NCBI GenBank assembly: GCA_043228905.1 | Contig: JBHGNT010000002.1 | Coordinates: 24,986,001 to 25,050,000, forward strand | Reading direction: 5' to 3' | Length of the DNA: 64,000 bases | Source: Azolla caroliniana | Lineage: Eukaryota; Plantae; Polypodiophyta | In this document: piece after piece, positions 1-18,808 of the stretch | Position numbering within the stretch: position 1 is the stretch's first letter | How the letters are laid out: every line of letters begins with the position of its first letter | The notes under the pieces: generated by a model | The model's input: the letters and a program-made list of their open reading frames with translations, nothing else | The model's database searches: none | Told to the model about the DNA's origin: nothing | Program-made: the position numbers and the translations under genes

Positions 1-43
1 GGACGATTTAACTCTCCATTTACCTAATGGTGCATTTTGGCAG

Positions 44-196
44 GCATTTGGATGGGCTTATGCAAACCAAAAACACTACGAGAGGGATCATTTTCTTGTT
101 TTTTGGCTTGCACCACTGGCTGGATCGTTGATATCTGGGCAGGTCTTTCAGCTACTTTTCCGAAATCAGCGTGCTAAGAAAGAGAAAGCTGCGTGA
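44..196 (+). CDS. SIP: Last coding exon of a SIP-subfamily aquaporin (gene begins upstream of the window)
   Basis: After acceptor ..ggcag (41-43) the frame reads AFGWAYANQKHYERDHFLVFWLAPLAGSLISGQVFQLLFRNQRAKKEKAA*. This matches the post-NPA 'AFGWAY...H...VYW' last TM segment and Lys-rich ER-retention tail of plant SIPs. Not in the ORF track. Confidence 0.85.
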   Translation, partial: AFGWAYANQKHYERDHFLVFWLAPLAGSLISGQVFQLLFRNQRAKKEKAA

Positions 197-284
197 GCAC
201 TCTTCTGATGGAAGTCAAACCATATCAGCGTGCTAGGAAAGAGAAAGCTGCGTGAGCACTCTTCTGATGGAAGTCAAACCATAT
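165..284 (+). repeat. 59-bp tandem duplication spanning the SIP stop codon
   Basis: atcagcgtgctaagaaagagaaagctgcgtgagcactcttctgatggaagtcaaaccat at 165 and again at 224, with one substitution. Confidence 0.95.
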
Positions 285-1032
285 TATTATAATAGAGGCC
301 TGATTTAACTAAGAATTGGTTTCTGTGAGCAGTCTGCTATGCAAGTTAAGACTATTGATGTTCCTGTGATCTATATGCTCTAAGTAGTGTTGTAACCTTT
401 CCGATTCTTGCCTTATGCTATTGCTTGGATGTATGTCAACTTGTGTACATCATAATCTAGAATGCCAATTCCTGTTTGATGCCTTGTCAACGTAATGTAG
501 AATATCCATCAAATAACAGGGAATGACATTTTGATGAAATGCTTGATAGATTCTTGTGAATGCAGACACTAATGAATTATATCTCTAACACTGGATCATA
601 CACATGGATGATTTGATGATCAAATGCATGGACGATTAGACAGGATCACATGCATCATCTCTGCCGCAATGAATGTCCTACTGCATTGGAATGTTTTGGT
701 ACTCAATCCCAAATATCCCACCATCACGTGATAAGTGTTGGTATGACAAAGATAAGGAATAGGCATCCCATAAATACTGTGAGTCGTGACTATGCACTCA
801 AATAAGGTCATCAAAACTATGCAGCCCATGGAAATTTTGACTGCGTTCAACTTATAAACATCAATAATAATTTATTGACTGTGGATTTTGCACATAGGTA
901 CTGTCAGTAAGTGAACGAAAATATCGAAAATACAACAGAAAATTGATCAAGGCCATGGTTCCAGTAAATTCCCATATAAGAAATAGATAAGTTGTGAATG
1001 ATTTGATAACATCATATAGATGCGTATTCATA

Positions 1033-3496
1033 TTACGTGAAGTTAAGTAATAGCTTACAACCATCCGGAAATGCTAGACCTCTAACAATTTCTAGAGTAA
1101 GCTGATCACAATATGAAAGTTCCAATTTTTCTAATTGTTGGCAACATGCTGCAATCTTTATAATACTTGTGTTTGTTATGCCATGGCAATTATTTAGCTT
1201 GAGAATTTTTAATGGAGATGCACCACTTAGTTCTATGAAGCACCCATCGGTAATATTGGAACTCTCCAAATCAAGATGCTCAATTAGTGAGCAGAAAGTG
1301 AAAATCAACTTTACAGCTTCATCAGATATGTTTGTTAACCATCCTAATCCCAAGACCTTGAGAGTAGATCCACGGCATCTGACAATCTCCTTCACAGCTT
1401 CATCAGAAAGCTTTCTGCATCCATTGAGGATAAGGTTCTCCAGGTGTATACATTTTTCTGCTAGATTCATAATTATATCATCTTCGATCTTGGAGCAACT
1501 AGACAAGTTTAATGTCCTCAGCTCCACGCATCTCTCTGCAACACTCTGCACTCCTGAGCTAACCTTTAAGCACATGCTTAAATCAAGCACACGCAAAGAT
1601 GTACATCCCTGTGATAAATATGTTAGTCCCAGATCACCAACATTGATACAGCTTTGAAGATTCAGCTCTACCAAGTGCTTGGAATGTCTTCCTATATGTT
1701 CCAAGCTCTTATCTGTCAGACGTTTGCAGCCACTGAGAAACAAACCTTGTAACTGTGGGCAGCCTCGTACTAAAGACTCAACCCCTTTATCACTAACAAG
1801 CTTGCAATCAGATAAATCAATCCAGCACAATGTTGACAGGCCACATCCTAATGCATTCAAACCAACATCTGTGATGCCTGCATGTCAATAACAAGGTTCA
1901 TATGTCAACGGTAAATGTTTCTGAACACGTCACTGCATTTTAGCTAGCATAAAAATGATCAACAAACATGTATCTTATGCGATACAGTGGCTCAGCTATG
2001 ATGAAGGCTAGAAAAAAGCAATGAAAAAAAAATTGTGCTCAGGAAGAGAAAATAAATACTATATAATAAAATAAGTTACAAACAAAAGAATGAACCATAA
2101 AATTACTCAAAAATCAAGATTGTCTAATATCTCCTCACAAGAGACCTGGGTATTGGGCTTTCATTCCAGTGTTCGCCTATGTTATCCTTCCTACACCGCC
2201 ATCTATCTCTGTGTTATAAACAAAGAATGTACAGGCTATGCTACAAACTAAGAACAAACCAGACACTGAATGATGAGTCTGAATGAGGTCAGACAACTGT
2301 ACAATTTGGTCCATCGGCATCAAAATGTTGAGAAACATAATCTCAACCCTTAAAAGCACTGCAAATTGTATGAAATGATGTCAAATCAATCGAACAAAGA
2401 AAAAAGCAACCTTCACACATAATATCACAAACGAATATGAAGAAAATCAATCTTAAATAGAAGATGAAAATCCATAGAAAATTTTATAAATTGTCACAAA
2501 CAACTATGGACAAAATGGTAAACATGTTTTATACATCAATTCCAAACAACTTTTGAGTGATCATTTCTATACAACCAATCCTGTAGAAAATAGAAAAGAT
2601 TTTATAATTAAACAGCTGCAAAGAAAATGGTAAACACTTATTTTAATACAAACAATCCTGGAAGGAAATAGCGAAGACTTTTCTACAAATAATGCTGAAG
2701 AAGACAGCAAAATGAAGTTGTTTATACAAATAATTCTGAATAGCATTCTAATGATTTTTCATTGTAGAAATTTCGAACATAGATAATTCTTCGAGAATAG
2801 AAGAAAACACTTTTAATTTTTCATTTCTCGAGATCCAATTGTGATCACGACTACATAAATACTCAAGATCGCAAACAATCACACGAAAAGGTCATAAATA
2901 ACTCAAAAGAGAATTTCTATGTACAAACAATTTTGTAGAAATCTACATAAAAATTTCTGAAACAGATGATACGTGATTTTCACGCAAGCAGCACTGAAAA
3001 GATGAAACAGGTTAAGATGTTTTTGTAATCTAAATCAACAAGCACAAAAACTATGAAAGCAATAGAGACCTTTGCATTCACGAAGATTGATCCGTTCAAG
3101 AAGCCTGAAATTCTTAGAAACTGTGAGCAGATCGACATCACTAACACCAGGGAAGAAAGAGCGAGAGGCGGACTGAGTCAAGTCGAGGTCGATAAGATGA
3201 GTGAAGCGGAGGGCAAGGCGCTCGAGCATAAGGGGACCTGCACGAACACACAACCTCCGTCTCTCTCCATTCTGGATGTTCATCCAACGCTTGCAGACGA
3301 GGCCGAAGGCGTTCTTGTCCTGCTGGGTGGGGAGCTTGAAAAGGATGGATAGGAGATCGTCGTCTGTGAGGATGTCATTGATGCAGAAGACGAGGAGGAG
3401 GCCTCCATCGCCAGGGGCAGGGAGGTCTGGACAAGAAGAAGAAGAAGGAGAGGCTTCTTCTGCTCCTTCTTCTTCTTCTTCTTTCTTCTCGGCCAT
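1033..3496 (-). CDS. F-box/LRR (RNI-like, FBXL-type) protein, 423 aa, 2 exons
   Basis: Exon 1 is 3496-3070 (MAEKK...CINDILTDDDLLSILFKL...FGLVCKRW F-box, RAGPLML, DLTQSASRSFFPGV). A GT..AG intron follows, then exon 2 at 1877-1033 with cysteine-containing LRRs. The junction restores ECK-G-ITDVGL and the 1272-nt total is in frame. Resembles Arabidopsis At5g23340 from memory. Confidence 0.9.
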
Positions 3497-3914
3497 CTTC
3501 GTAATCTTCTCGCCCACTCTCCTCTCTTCTTCGGTCGCCCCTCTGTTTTTCGCCTACAGGCTCAGAAATTACAACAAACAAACAAACAAACAAAAAAACT
3601 TTTCTTGACTCGTAATTATATACATAAATGAAGCGAATGAATGAATGAATAACAACAGCAAATAACTATGCATTGAACCAAGTGTTTTTTTTTTAGTAAG
3701 AACAAATGTTTTTTAGTAAAGTGTACTGTGTACACACACACAATCCAAATAAATACCCATCCATAGCACTCTACCAATTGAGCTATATCCCCTGTGCTTT
3801 GGAAAGACGAGGTGGAGGAGAGTTATGCCTCTTTAAAGAAGAGGTTTGTCTCTGACCAATCGACTAGTTCCGAAGAAATGAAGAGAGAGGACGGAGAGAG
3901 AATGATTTTGTGCG

Positions 3915-4097
3915 CCCATGTAGAGGAAGAGGTCATGGGTTCAACTCCTACATTCCACACTAGCATCTAGTACATTACGAGATGCCTATGGAGTACATAT
4001 GGAGTAAGAGTAATAGAGATCTTACAATAAATTAGGTTTTGAACCCGAGATATAGGATTAGTAGTGTAACGACTTTCCACTAGGGTAGACTAATTAT
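3915..4097 (+). mobile_element. Degenerate tRNA-derived SINE copy
   Basis: Contains B-box-like GGTTCAACTCC and a body (gcatctagt...gaaccc..gat..tagtagtgtaacgact...tagggta.actaatt) shared with 6579-6766. Confidence 0.55.
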
Positions 4098-4729
4098 AAT
4101 AATAAAAAAGAAGGATTATGTATGTCAGCTTTGATTCGGTCCTCGTCTTGCCCATGACCTCTTACACATGGTGGTGGAAATTGTGATATGGTCCACCCAC
4201 TGTTTAAACAAAGGGCTTGTATACATATTGTAGGAGGCCACTCGAATTGACTAACTAAGGCCCATCGCCCCTTTTTCATTCAAGGGCAATAATGTTTAAC
4301 AATTCCTTTGTTACTTTTGTTTAGCCTTTGAGACCATTGCCATATAATCAAGTAAAGGTAATCCCCTTAAATGCGAGAACTTGGTCCAAACATTGTACTA
4401 TGGTGTAGTCCACCAACCAATAACAATGGGTTGTAATGACAAGTTACCTTATCATGCACCGAATGTTGAGAGAAAGAGAGAGAGAGAGATTATCATGCAC
4501 CAAATGTTTGCTTCCCACCTTCCTCTCTAAGATTGTCTACCAAAGGTGGATTTTGACATACAAACAAATATGATAGGGATAATGTTTCAAGGCCTTGGGG
4601 ATGCAATAAATTAGATCTATGGGACCCACTAAAGAACACCACAAGAAAGTTTCCTCTAACGACATACGTGAATAAACCACATGTTGCTCATGTATATTTC
4701 TCTTTAATATGATGACACATATGCTCAAT

Positions 4730-5675
4730 CATAGATTGAGCCATGCGTGATATTCTTGAGATTCGACATCCGTAATATTCGTGGTATTCGAGAATAGAAA
4801 ATGGCCCTAAGAATATTATAAAACCATTCGTTTACATATACATATACACACATACATACATACACATACATATATACACACATACACAAACATATATATA
4901 CATATACACACACATACATAGATACATATACACACACATACATATATGTGTACACAGACATACATCAATAATTAATTAACTCATTAATATAATGATTAAT
5001 TTACTATTAACTAATTAATTCACTTAAACATTAATTGATTCACTAATAAATTAATTAATTTACAAATACATTTCTTAATTCATTAACACATTAATTAATT
5101 CATTGGAAAATATTAGTTAATTAATTAATAATCAATTAATGCATTAATAATTAATTAATTAGGGCTTTGGCAAAACTTAGGGTTTCAGTGAAACTTTGAA
5201 TTTGTAGCGGACAACAGGATGTAGGATTAGGTAGAGCATGAGAGGGAGTCGATGACGCAGGCCGAAAAGAAGAAATTTTGTCGAAATTAGGATTATGATA
5301 GAAATTAGGGTTTTCTGTCGAAACCCTAATTTCTGGCCGAGAACAGGATATAGAGGGAAGCGAGGGTGTAAGTAGCACGCAGAGGGAGTAGGGTGAGGCG
5401 TCTTTGCTTCCTGTTGGCCACTGTTCACTCGCTCGTAAATAAAACACAATTTTATTTATTTATTTATTTTTAAAAAAAGAAGAAAACGAATATATTTACG
5501 TGTATTCGTATTCCTATTCGTATGGACTCGCTCGTAAATAAAACACAATTTTATTTATTTATTTATTTATTTATTTAAAAAAAAAGAAGAAAACGAATAT
5601 ATTTACGTGTATTCGTATTCCTATTCGTATGGATTCGTGGGGCAAGCCCCACGAATGCGAATATTTCAATCTATG
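4730..5675. mobile_element. Non-autonomous hAT-type DNA transposon
   Basis: Perfect 10-bp TIR CATAGATTGA / TCAATCTATG with 8-bp TSD TGCTCAAT (4722-4729, 5676-5683). Has subterminal TATTCG/CGAATA repeats, an internal CA/TA microsatellite, a TTAA-rich tract and a ~100-bp tandem duplication; no transposase. Confidence 0.85.
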
Positions 5676-6076
5676 TGCTCAATTATACAAAGAGCAAAGA
5701 AATATTCAATGCCTAGAGAGGAAATGACAAATGCCTTCAACTCATGTGGATGTGGAGTAATCAAGAGAGGAAAGGAATTTCTATCAATGGGCAGGAGGAG
5801 ATACTACTTTTTTATTGTGATTACCTCACCTTATGGGAAGTTATTAGGGCTTAAAACCAAACTTTGTCACCTCTCAATTACTGCATAGATATCTTATTTT
5901 AGTATAGATCCTCCCTCCCTCTCTCTATGTATGGATATTGATATATATGCCTTTTGGTGTCCGTTTGATCTTTATGCATTTCACCACTACTCCACTGAAA
6001 ATTCCCTCAAGTTCCTACCCTATGTACTCTAGCGCCAAATAGTTTCCACCACATGTTTGGGATTTGAAATTTGACA

Positions 6077-6128
<52 letters not shown>

Positions 6129-6578
6129 GAAGATAATACTCATCAATTTATACAATGTTCGATTGCTTGTTTGGTTTAGAGTTACATTTCTCAAATTTGG
6201 TAAGTTTTATCACGGTGTTATTTAACACCTAGGCAGTGGGTGTTTCCACAATTTACACAGGTTGGCCCGAAATCCGAGATGGAGATCGTTTTCCTATTTT
6301 TGAGATATTGGGGATTGCGTCATAATTGGGACAGGCGAAATGCCTTTGTATTCGATGGTAGACATAGAGTGAAAGCATATCTACAAAAGTTGAAGGGAGT
6401 ACTAATGTGACAAATTTCTTTATTGGAGCAAGTGGAAATTCAACATGTTCCACTACCCATGTAGTGTAGTTAGTGGGTGACCATACTCCATTGTCACACT
6501 CATTGTAAGTAGTGTTTCCATACACATTTATTAATATAATTGCGTGTTTTCACCAAAAGAGAGAGAAGGAGAGAGAGA

Positions 6579-6766
6579 GGTGGATGTAGTTCAGTTGGTA
6601 AGGTTGCCCAATGGAGACTAGGAGGACATGGGTTCAACCCCTGCATTCTAGAGTGGCATCTAGTGAATTGAGAGATATGTATGAAGTACATAATAGATAG
6701 GTTTTTCGAACCCAAGATGTGGTGCTAGTAGTGTAAACGACTTATCATTAGGGTAAACTAATTGTA
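6579..6766 (+). mobile_element. tRNA-derived SINE
   Basis: A-box TAGTTCAGTTGG (~6588) and B-box GGTTCAACCC (~6631) at tRNA-like spacing, followed by a non-tRNA body also present at ~3930-4097; flanked by GA repeats. Confidence 0.65.
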
Positions 6767-7208
6767 AAGAGAGAGAGATGTGTGTCGGACTTAGAGAAGT
6801 TTTTGTTAAGCTAGGGGTAATAGAGACGAGAAGACAAAGCATTGTCAGAAAGCTCGCCTGGGCAGCGACAAAACAACAATGTTGGTTTTATGTTCAGGTT
6901 TCTGGGGTGTTTTTGTTGTCTTTTTTTCGTGGGTTTTATTAATGAGCATCTCTGCCTCTCATTATTAATGTATATGTAGGAGGTAGGGTTTATGTGCGGG
7001 TGTACGAGCTACCTAGGGTTTATGAGTGTAATGTATGTATGTATGTATGTATGTGGATTTGTAGGAGGTTTAGGGTTTAATCTGCGGGTGTACGAGCTAC
7101 CTAGGGTTTATGAGTGGTTTTGCAGTCCAGGAGAGTTAACAGCTTAAGAAGAGCAGGGATGCTCTGCTCTTCCTCTGGCCATGGTTTTCTGAGATTGCAG
7201 TAGTGAAG

Positions 7209-9857
7209 ATGAAGGGCATCACCATTCGGTCTCTTGCTCGATTCCTCACTTTCACCTCAAACGGTCGTTCATTCTCTTCTCTAGCCGCTGCATCCTCTTC
7301 TTCTCCTTCTCCTTCTTCTTCTTACTCCTCCTCCTCCTCCTCCTCCTCCTCCTACGAATCTATCGCTGATATCCTGCAGAGAGAGCTCGGAATTACCTCG
7401 GCTGGTTATGGATATGGAGGTGACGGAGCCTCTGCTACCTTCTCCACCGTACACAAAAATATGCCTGAAAAGAAGAAAGCTTTCATAGAAGAAACCCTGG
7501 CTGCAGTAAACGAGATTGTAAGAGGGATAGAAGCCTCTAAATCCGCCAAAGATACACCGTTAAAGACTTCTTCCGAAGATGCATTAAATCCTCTTCAAGG
7601 TCCTGCTAGATTGTCTAGCTATGGTATCATCAGGTTGCTCATGTCGAGAGTTAGTGCAAAGAATTGGATTGAGCTAGACAGAGACATGAGGAATTATAGG
7701 ATTGTTCTTAGGCCTAGCGAAGTGGCATGGGTTCTTAAAGTAGAGAAAAACCCCCATAAAGCATGGGATTTCTTCAATTGGGCTTCTCGTCGGACAGGGT
7801 ATAGACATGATTCAGCTTGTTTTTTGATCATGATGGAATCTCTGGGAAAATGCTCAGCTTTCACGCTGATTGAAGATCTTCTTTCAGAGATGGAAAGGCT
7901 GGGGATTCCATATGATTCCTCGACGTTGAATAAATTGATTGAGATTTACTCATCGTGCACTGATTTAGTCAAAGTCGAAGGTTATTTTCACAAGCTCAGG
8001 GAGCTTCATGAGGAGCCAAGTTGTGAAACATATAAATGTATGTTGCTTGCTTTTGCTAAGACTGGAGATTTTGAGAAAGCTTTGGAAATCTATGGTTTGA
8101 TTCGTAAACAACATGAAATTCTTGATGTTTCTATCTACAATGCTTTATTTGATGCGTTGATCACGAAAAGTGATAAGGTAAATATTTAATACTTCCACTT
8201 TCTGTTCTTAACATGGATGTTATATTTTATTTTGGGAAGCATTTATGCATGTTTGGACCAAGTTCAATGCAATTTGCTTTTACAAGAATTGAAGTCACTT
8301 TTTAAAATTTATGGAAGAAAAATAATTCTGATATTTTGGTATGAGACGTTTTAAAATAAATATGAAACATTGAGGTGTCTATCAGTAAATAATATCAACA
8401 ACAAATATATTTGAAAGTTATTAATGTTCAACAATTTGTTTTTCTAACACTGGTTTAAATTCCCTGAAGCTTGTTGATCCATGATAATTTCATTCCTTAC
8501 ACCAATTGTTTCTTAGGAGAGTATCCATAATGGTATCAGGCTTTTCAACATGATGTTAGAGGATGGTATTGCACCTGATCCAGCCACTTGTCACACAGTT
8601 CTCAAATTGCTCTCTGAAGGAAAGCAAATGAATAGAACGATTGAATTGGTTAAATTCGTCAATGAGAAGGTATCAAAGAAGGAAGTTTATGAGAACCTTA
8701 TAAAGGTATTGGTAGAGATGGGATATCTGCAAGATACATATGCTCTTCTCAGAAAATTAAAGGATAATGATATCAGATTGAGCCAAGTGACGTTCCTCGA
8801 TGTAATTGACGCATTTTGTCGGGCAAATAAGCTTGTGGAGGCTCTGAACATCATGAGAGAGATGGAGAGAGATGGAAGTTATATACCGCGAATTGCGTAC
8901 AACTCAGTCATGACAGTTTTATGTGATAACAACCAATTTCATGCAGCGTATGGTGTTCTTAAGCTAATTAAGGAAAGAGGTCCTCCAGATGATGCAATAT
9001 GTCACAAGATTGTTTCAGGTTTGGCCAATTCAGGAGACTTTGAGATATCACTGAGTTTGTTTGAGGATATGTATGAATCAGGATGCTTATTAAATCTTGC
9101 ATCTTTCAATTCGTTGCTTCAAACTGCGGCCAGTCAAGGTGATTTTGAATCTTCTCGGAAGCTCTTACATATGATGCATGTTAAGTCTCTTGTTCCAGAT
9201 GTTGTAACATATAACAGCGCTATTGAATGCTTTGGGAGAGCAGGAAAGTTGGATTTGGCACTTCAGGTGTTTGATGAGATGAGGGAGAAAGGTTGTTCTC
9301 TTTCTGTCTCTACCTACAATAACATTCTTCTTGCTTTATCACAGTCGGGCCCAGAGGATGCAGCACTATCCTTCTATGAAGAAATGAAAGTGCAAGGGTT
9401 TTTACCGGATGCAATAACTTTTTCTATCCTGAGCACCATATCAGAGAATTATTCTGACTTTGACGAAAGGTACACCTTTTACTATAATTGTGCCACTTTA
9501 ATTCATGCATTGAGGATGACCAAATAAGGCATTCTTTTTCATGAATATATCAGGAGGGAGCTTTGCTTTATCATACCATACATTAGTATTAAATTCTAAG
9601 AGCATAGGCTGACGGTTGTTCAGTAGGTTCATCGGAAACAATGAATGTAATAATGTTAAAAGGTGATAGTATAGCTAATTTATGGTTACGAGTTTATATC
9701 AGTACTAGTTTAGGGCATAACCGTAACACAGTGGCACTGTCCATATCCAAACTATTTTCAATATGGATGTATTATTGTTGTTATTCTTATTTTGATCTAA
9801 TTCTTTGATGTATTATTACTTTTGTACAGGACTGATCTTGCTGTTGTGCCACTCTAA
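7209..9857 (+). CDS. P-class pentatricopeptide repeat protein, probably mitochondrial
   Basis: Exon 1 is 7209-8177 (Arg/Ser-rich transit-like MKGITIRSLARFLTF..., AWDFFNWASRRTGYRHD motif, PPR repeats). Exon 2 is 8517-9469 (PDVVTYNSAIECFGRAGKLDLALQVFDEM etc.). Probable short exon 3 at 9830-9857; the alternative is an unspliced stop at 9527. No E/DYW domain seen. Confidence 0.88.
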
Positions 9858-11994
9858 CCGCAACACAGTAACATTGTCCATATTCAAACTATTTTCAGAA
9901 TGGATGGCATTTGTCGGGATATTGTTACTGAGAGGATATATTTCTTGCAGCATGAGTAACCCAGGTCCATATTCTTATGACTGACACAATGGCATTGTCC
10001 ATATCCAAACTCTTTCCAGTATGGATGTCATTTGCTGGGATAGTATTACTAATAGGATATATTTCTTGTGCCATGAGTAAAACATCTGAAGTGTCTTTGG
10101 AAAGGAGCTTTATTCAGGTGCTGGATAGAAATATGCATCAAGCTTCTCGGAAGGTTCTCTGCTTATCACTAGATTTAGCCTACACCCTGTATAAATTTTG
10201 GCCAATTTGGCATACGCCTTCAGTATAGAAAGGTTCTTGATGGAATGGTATGTTATATATAATATATTATATGAAATCAATGTTCTTGATGAAATAGCGT
10301 GTTTTATATCTAAAAATCACTGATACCTAAGGAATGCTAAGGGTAACTAGTTGCCCAAAACTAAAGATTCCATGATGCAGAAATGACCAATTTCCTGTGA
10401 GAAGGGGAAGATCAACTTGACTAGAGAGAGATGATGGTGATATATTAATGTCCATGGAAGGTCAACATGTAGAGAGGAGAGAGATGATATTCAATGTCTA
10501 CTAAAGATTGGCAAAACCCATGTGATCAACAGTTGTCACAAAGACCGTTCCTCTACAACACACATATACACAAAGATGATTCTCCAACATTTTTGAATGT
10601 CACACAAACGAAATAATCAAGTTGTCGCCAACTATGACATGTGCTCTTTCATGGATATAATTGGAATTAGGATAATGAGAGTTTTAATGGATCTAATCAT
10701 GATGTACGTAAGACCATTTGTTTTGTTTTTTATTGATTTCTTAATATTCATGTACGAGTCATTTTTGCCTTGCACGAGATATTATGTGATTGGGACATTA
10801 TGGAAGCATTGCTTGCACGCATTATGTCATGGGCCTTACATTCCCACCATTTTGATAAAAACAAAGTACTAGCGTGCGTAGTTTATTGAATTTCATAGAT
10901 GTAGATGATTTGGTTTAAGCTTGTGCTTTGCAAAGCTATTTCAAGTTTTGACTCTTGAGCGATGGTTTTATTGTACATTGATGATGAAATCTTCATGTTT
11001 TTAGATTCATATGAATAAATTTCTCTACTTTTTCTATGGCACAAGGCTTGAAAATGTTGGCATTCCATTTTTGTAAGCCAATGTTTTAATTTATGTGATG
11101 AACCACATTGACAAAATGCAAAGCACCATGCAATATATATATATATATATAAAACAAAGTGTGATTAGTAATTTCCAGGGAAGGACTGAATTTTAAGACA
11201 CAATTGCATCATATCAAGATATGTTTTATAAAACATAGAGCTTTCTAAAGTTTCCAATGAGCAAATTTGTTCTTGTAGTTGCAACTCTATTCTATTGAGA
11301 GTCTGAATGTGATAAAATTGTCAATGGTACTCTCTAAAACACTAAACAATAGTTACCAATTTGGTAAAATAGTCTTCCATGTTACAAGGGATGTTTTCAT
11401 CGCTACATCCAAAATATAGTATTGTTTCAAATTGAAATCATTGTCTTTGTATGTATTATGAAATGTTTTAGATGTTCCCCTAAACATATTGCTGAGATAC
11501 TTTATATAAACATGATATTTGTATTTGTAAAAGATCGTGTTTTGCTATTGTGGTCCATTGACTTGAGCAATCAGTATGAACCTAAGTTCATCACAAACAT
11601 TCTTCATAAATTTTAGCTTGCGAAAAGAATGTCTTTGCATTGTCATTTTTCACCATGCTAAGAATTGGTGCATTACCTTTCAAGGAACAATGATAATAAA
11701 ATATACTATTTTGAATGCATTTGTTGCTTGATCAAAAAAAAAATGTGAAGACTCATATATCATAATAAAATAATATACTAATTTAGTATCACAATGCAAA
11801 TTAACCAAGATAAGAGACATAATTAAGTCGCATTTTGCTACATCTTGGTGCACAAGAATTTCCAGGTATTTTCAAGTCAAAACTAATTATACACTTAAGT
11901 TAATGAAGGTCTTCTATGAAGATTATAGATACCTACTTAGCAATATAGGTACTTTGTTCTATTATTCTTGTTATGAGAGGGAGAGTAGCTTAGG

Positions 11995-12472
11995 TGTTGT
12001 CGACTATAGTACACTTGATGTTAGAGCTTAATCCTAATGTAAGCATGAGATAAGGTAATATAAGATAAATAGATAAGAGAGGAGAGAGAAAGAAGGGTGC
12101 GGATCCACCCGACCACCACCGAGTGAAGGGATGGAGATGGACTTGAGCCTCGATCGATGTCCCATACCATTGTCGTGGCATCGAGTCGTACCTGGTACTG
12201 GCACGCTCGCTACAAGAGTTTAATCACCACGAGTTCAATGTCTTGACATAGTCAAAATATCTCTAATGAGGGTAGCTAGACCTCATATTTATAGCTAGAC
12301 CTAAGTTCCCCAGACAAGTTCACACTTGGCCCTTATGGGTTGTCCCAATTCCTAGGATTAAAAGTAATCCTCCCTTCTTTACACTCTCGTTTAACCCTCA
12401 CACTTTATCCATGTGTATAAAATACTACGATACAATCTTACCATAGGATATTATATAGTCACGCCCACAACA
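11995..12472. mobile_element. Possible old solo LTR
   Basis: TGTTGT...ACAACA termini with extended inverted similarity (GACTATA) and an internal minus-strand TATA-like motif; no matching TSD. Confidence 0.3.
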
Positions 12473-13142
12473 CTTGAAGTATGAGGAATGAGTCGTTCCT
12501 CGAAGGTCTCCATAGAGTACCACAACAAGCACTTTAGGCGAAAAGGAAAAAATGATTGGATCGGCTATCTCAATTGAGCTCTACGAGCACATTGTCCTAA
12601 AGAAGAGTTGCCTTTTTGGTCAATCTGGGAGGGGGGAGAGAGAGAGAGCTAGAGTAGAAGGGATTATATGATGTGACTATTCGATTTATCGGAGCGAGTG
12701 GGACTTCTCTAGTATGCGGACAAGTGTTTGTTTCTCTTGGTTGGTTGGCACTTCAACAATGTCCATATAGCGGTGATACTAATTTAGCCGTAATAACATT
12801 GTAGTGTATTCGTACATGGGATTGATATGGTTGTTTGTGTGTGTAAATGTGTATTTTTTATTCACCCCCCAAAAAAGTGTTGGGGTTAGGGGGGGTATTT
12901 GTGGAATTTTAGGAAAATCGAGTTTGGGGGGGGGGGGGTGGAGAGGAGATAAAACAAATAAAGAAGTAATTAAGTAAATAAATAAATAAGTAAGTAAATA
13001 CATATATGATATATGTATGAATAAATAAATTTTATAGACTTATTTTTGGTTAATGAAGGCACTTCTCTTTTGTTCCACCACAGTCACACACACACAGTCA
13101 CACACAGGGACAGACAGACGCGCGCACACAGGCAGGCAGACG

Positions 13143-18808
<5,666 letters not shown>

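Noticed and set aside
1169-1891. Plus-strand ORFs opposite the LRR exon
   Set aside because: Antisense shadows of the F-box/LRR coding sequence.
6081-6125. (GA)n, (CA)n, (TA)n and (CT)n microsatellites here and elsewhere (e.g. 15553, 23687, 41332)
   Set aside because: Ordinary simple repeats; the ORFs they generate (ERERER/SLSLSL/HTHT) are spurious.
6579-6655. Functional tRNA gene
   Set aside because: A and B boxes are present but no convincing cloverleaf, and it continues into a repeated non-tRNA body, so it is a SINE.
12880-12945. G-runs upstream of CNOT11 as a G-quadruplex
   Set aside because: Simple homopolymer tracts with no evidence of function, and length is error-prone in assemblies.
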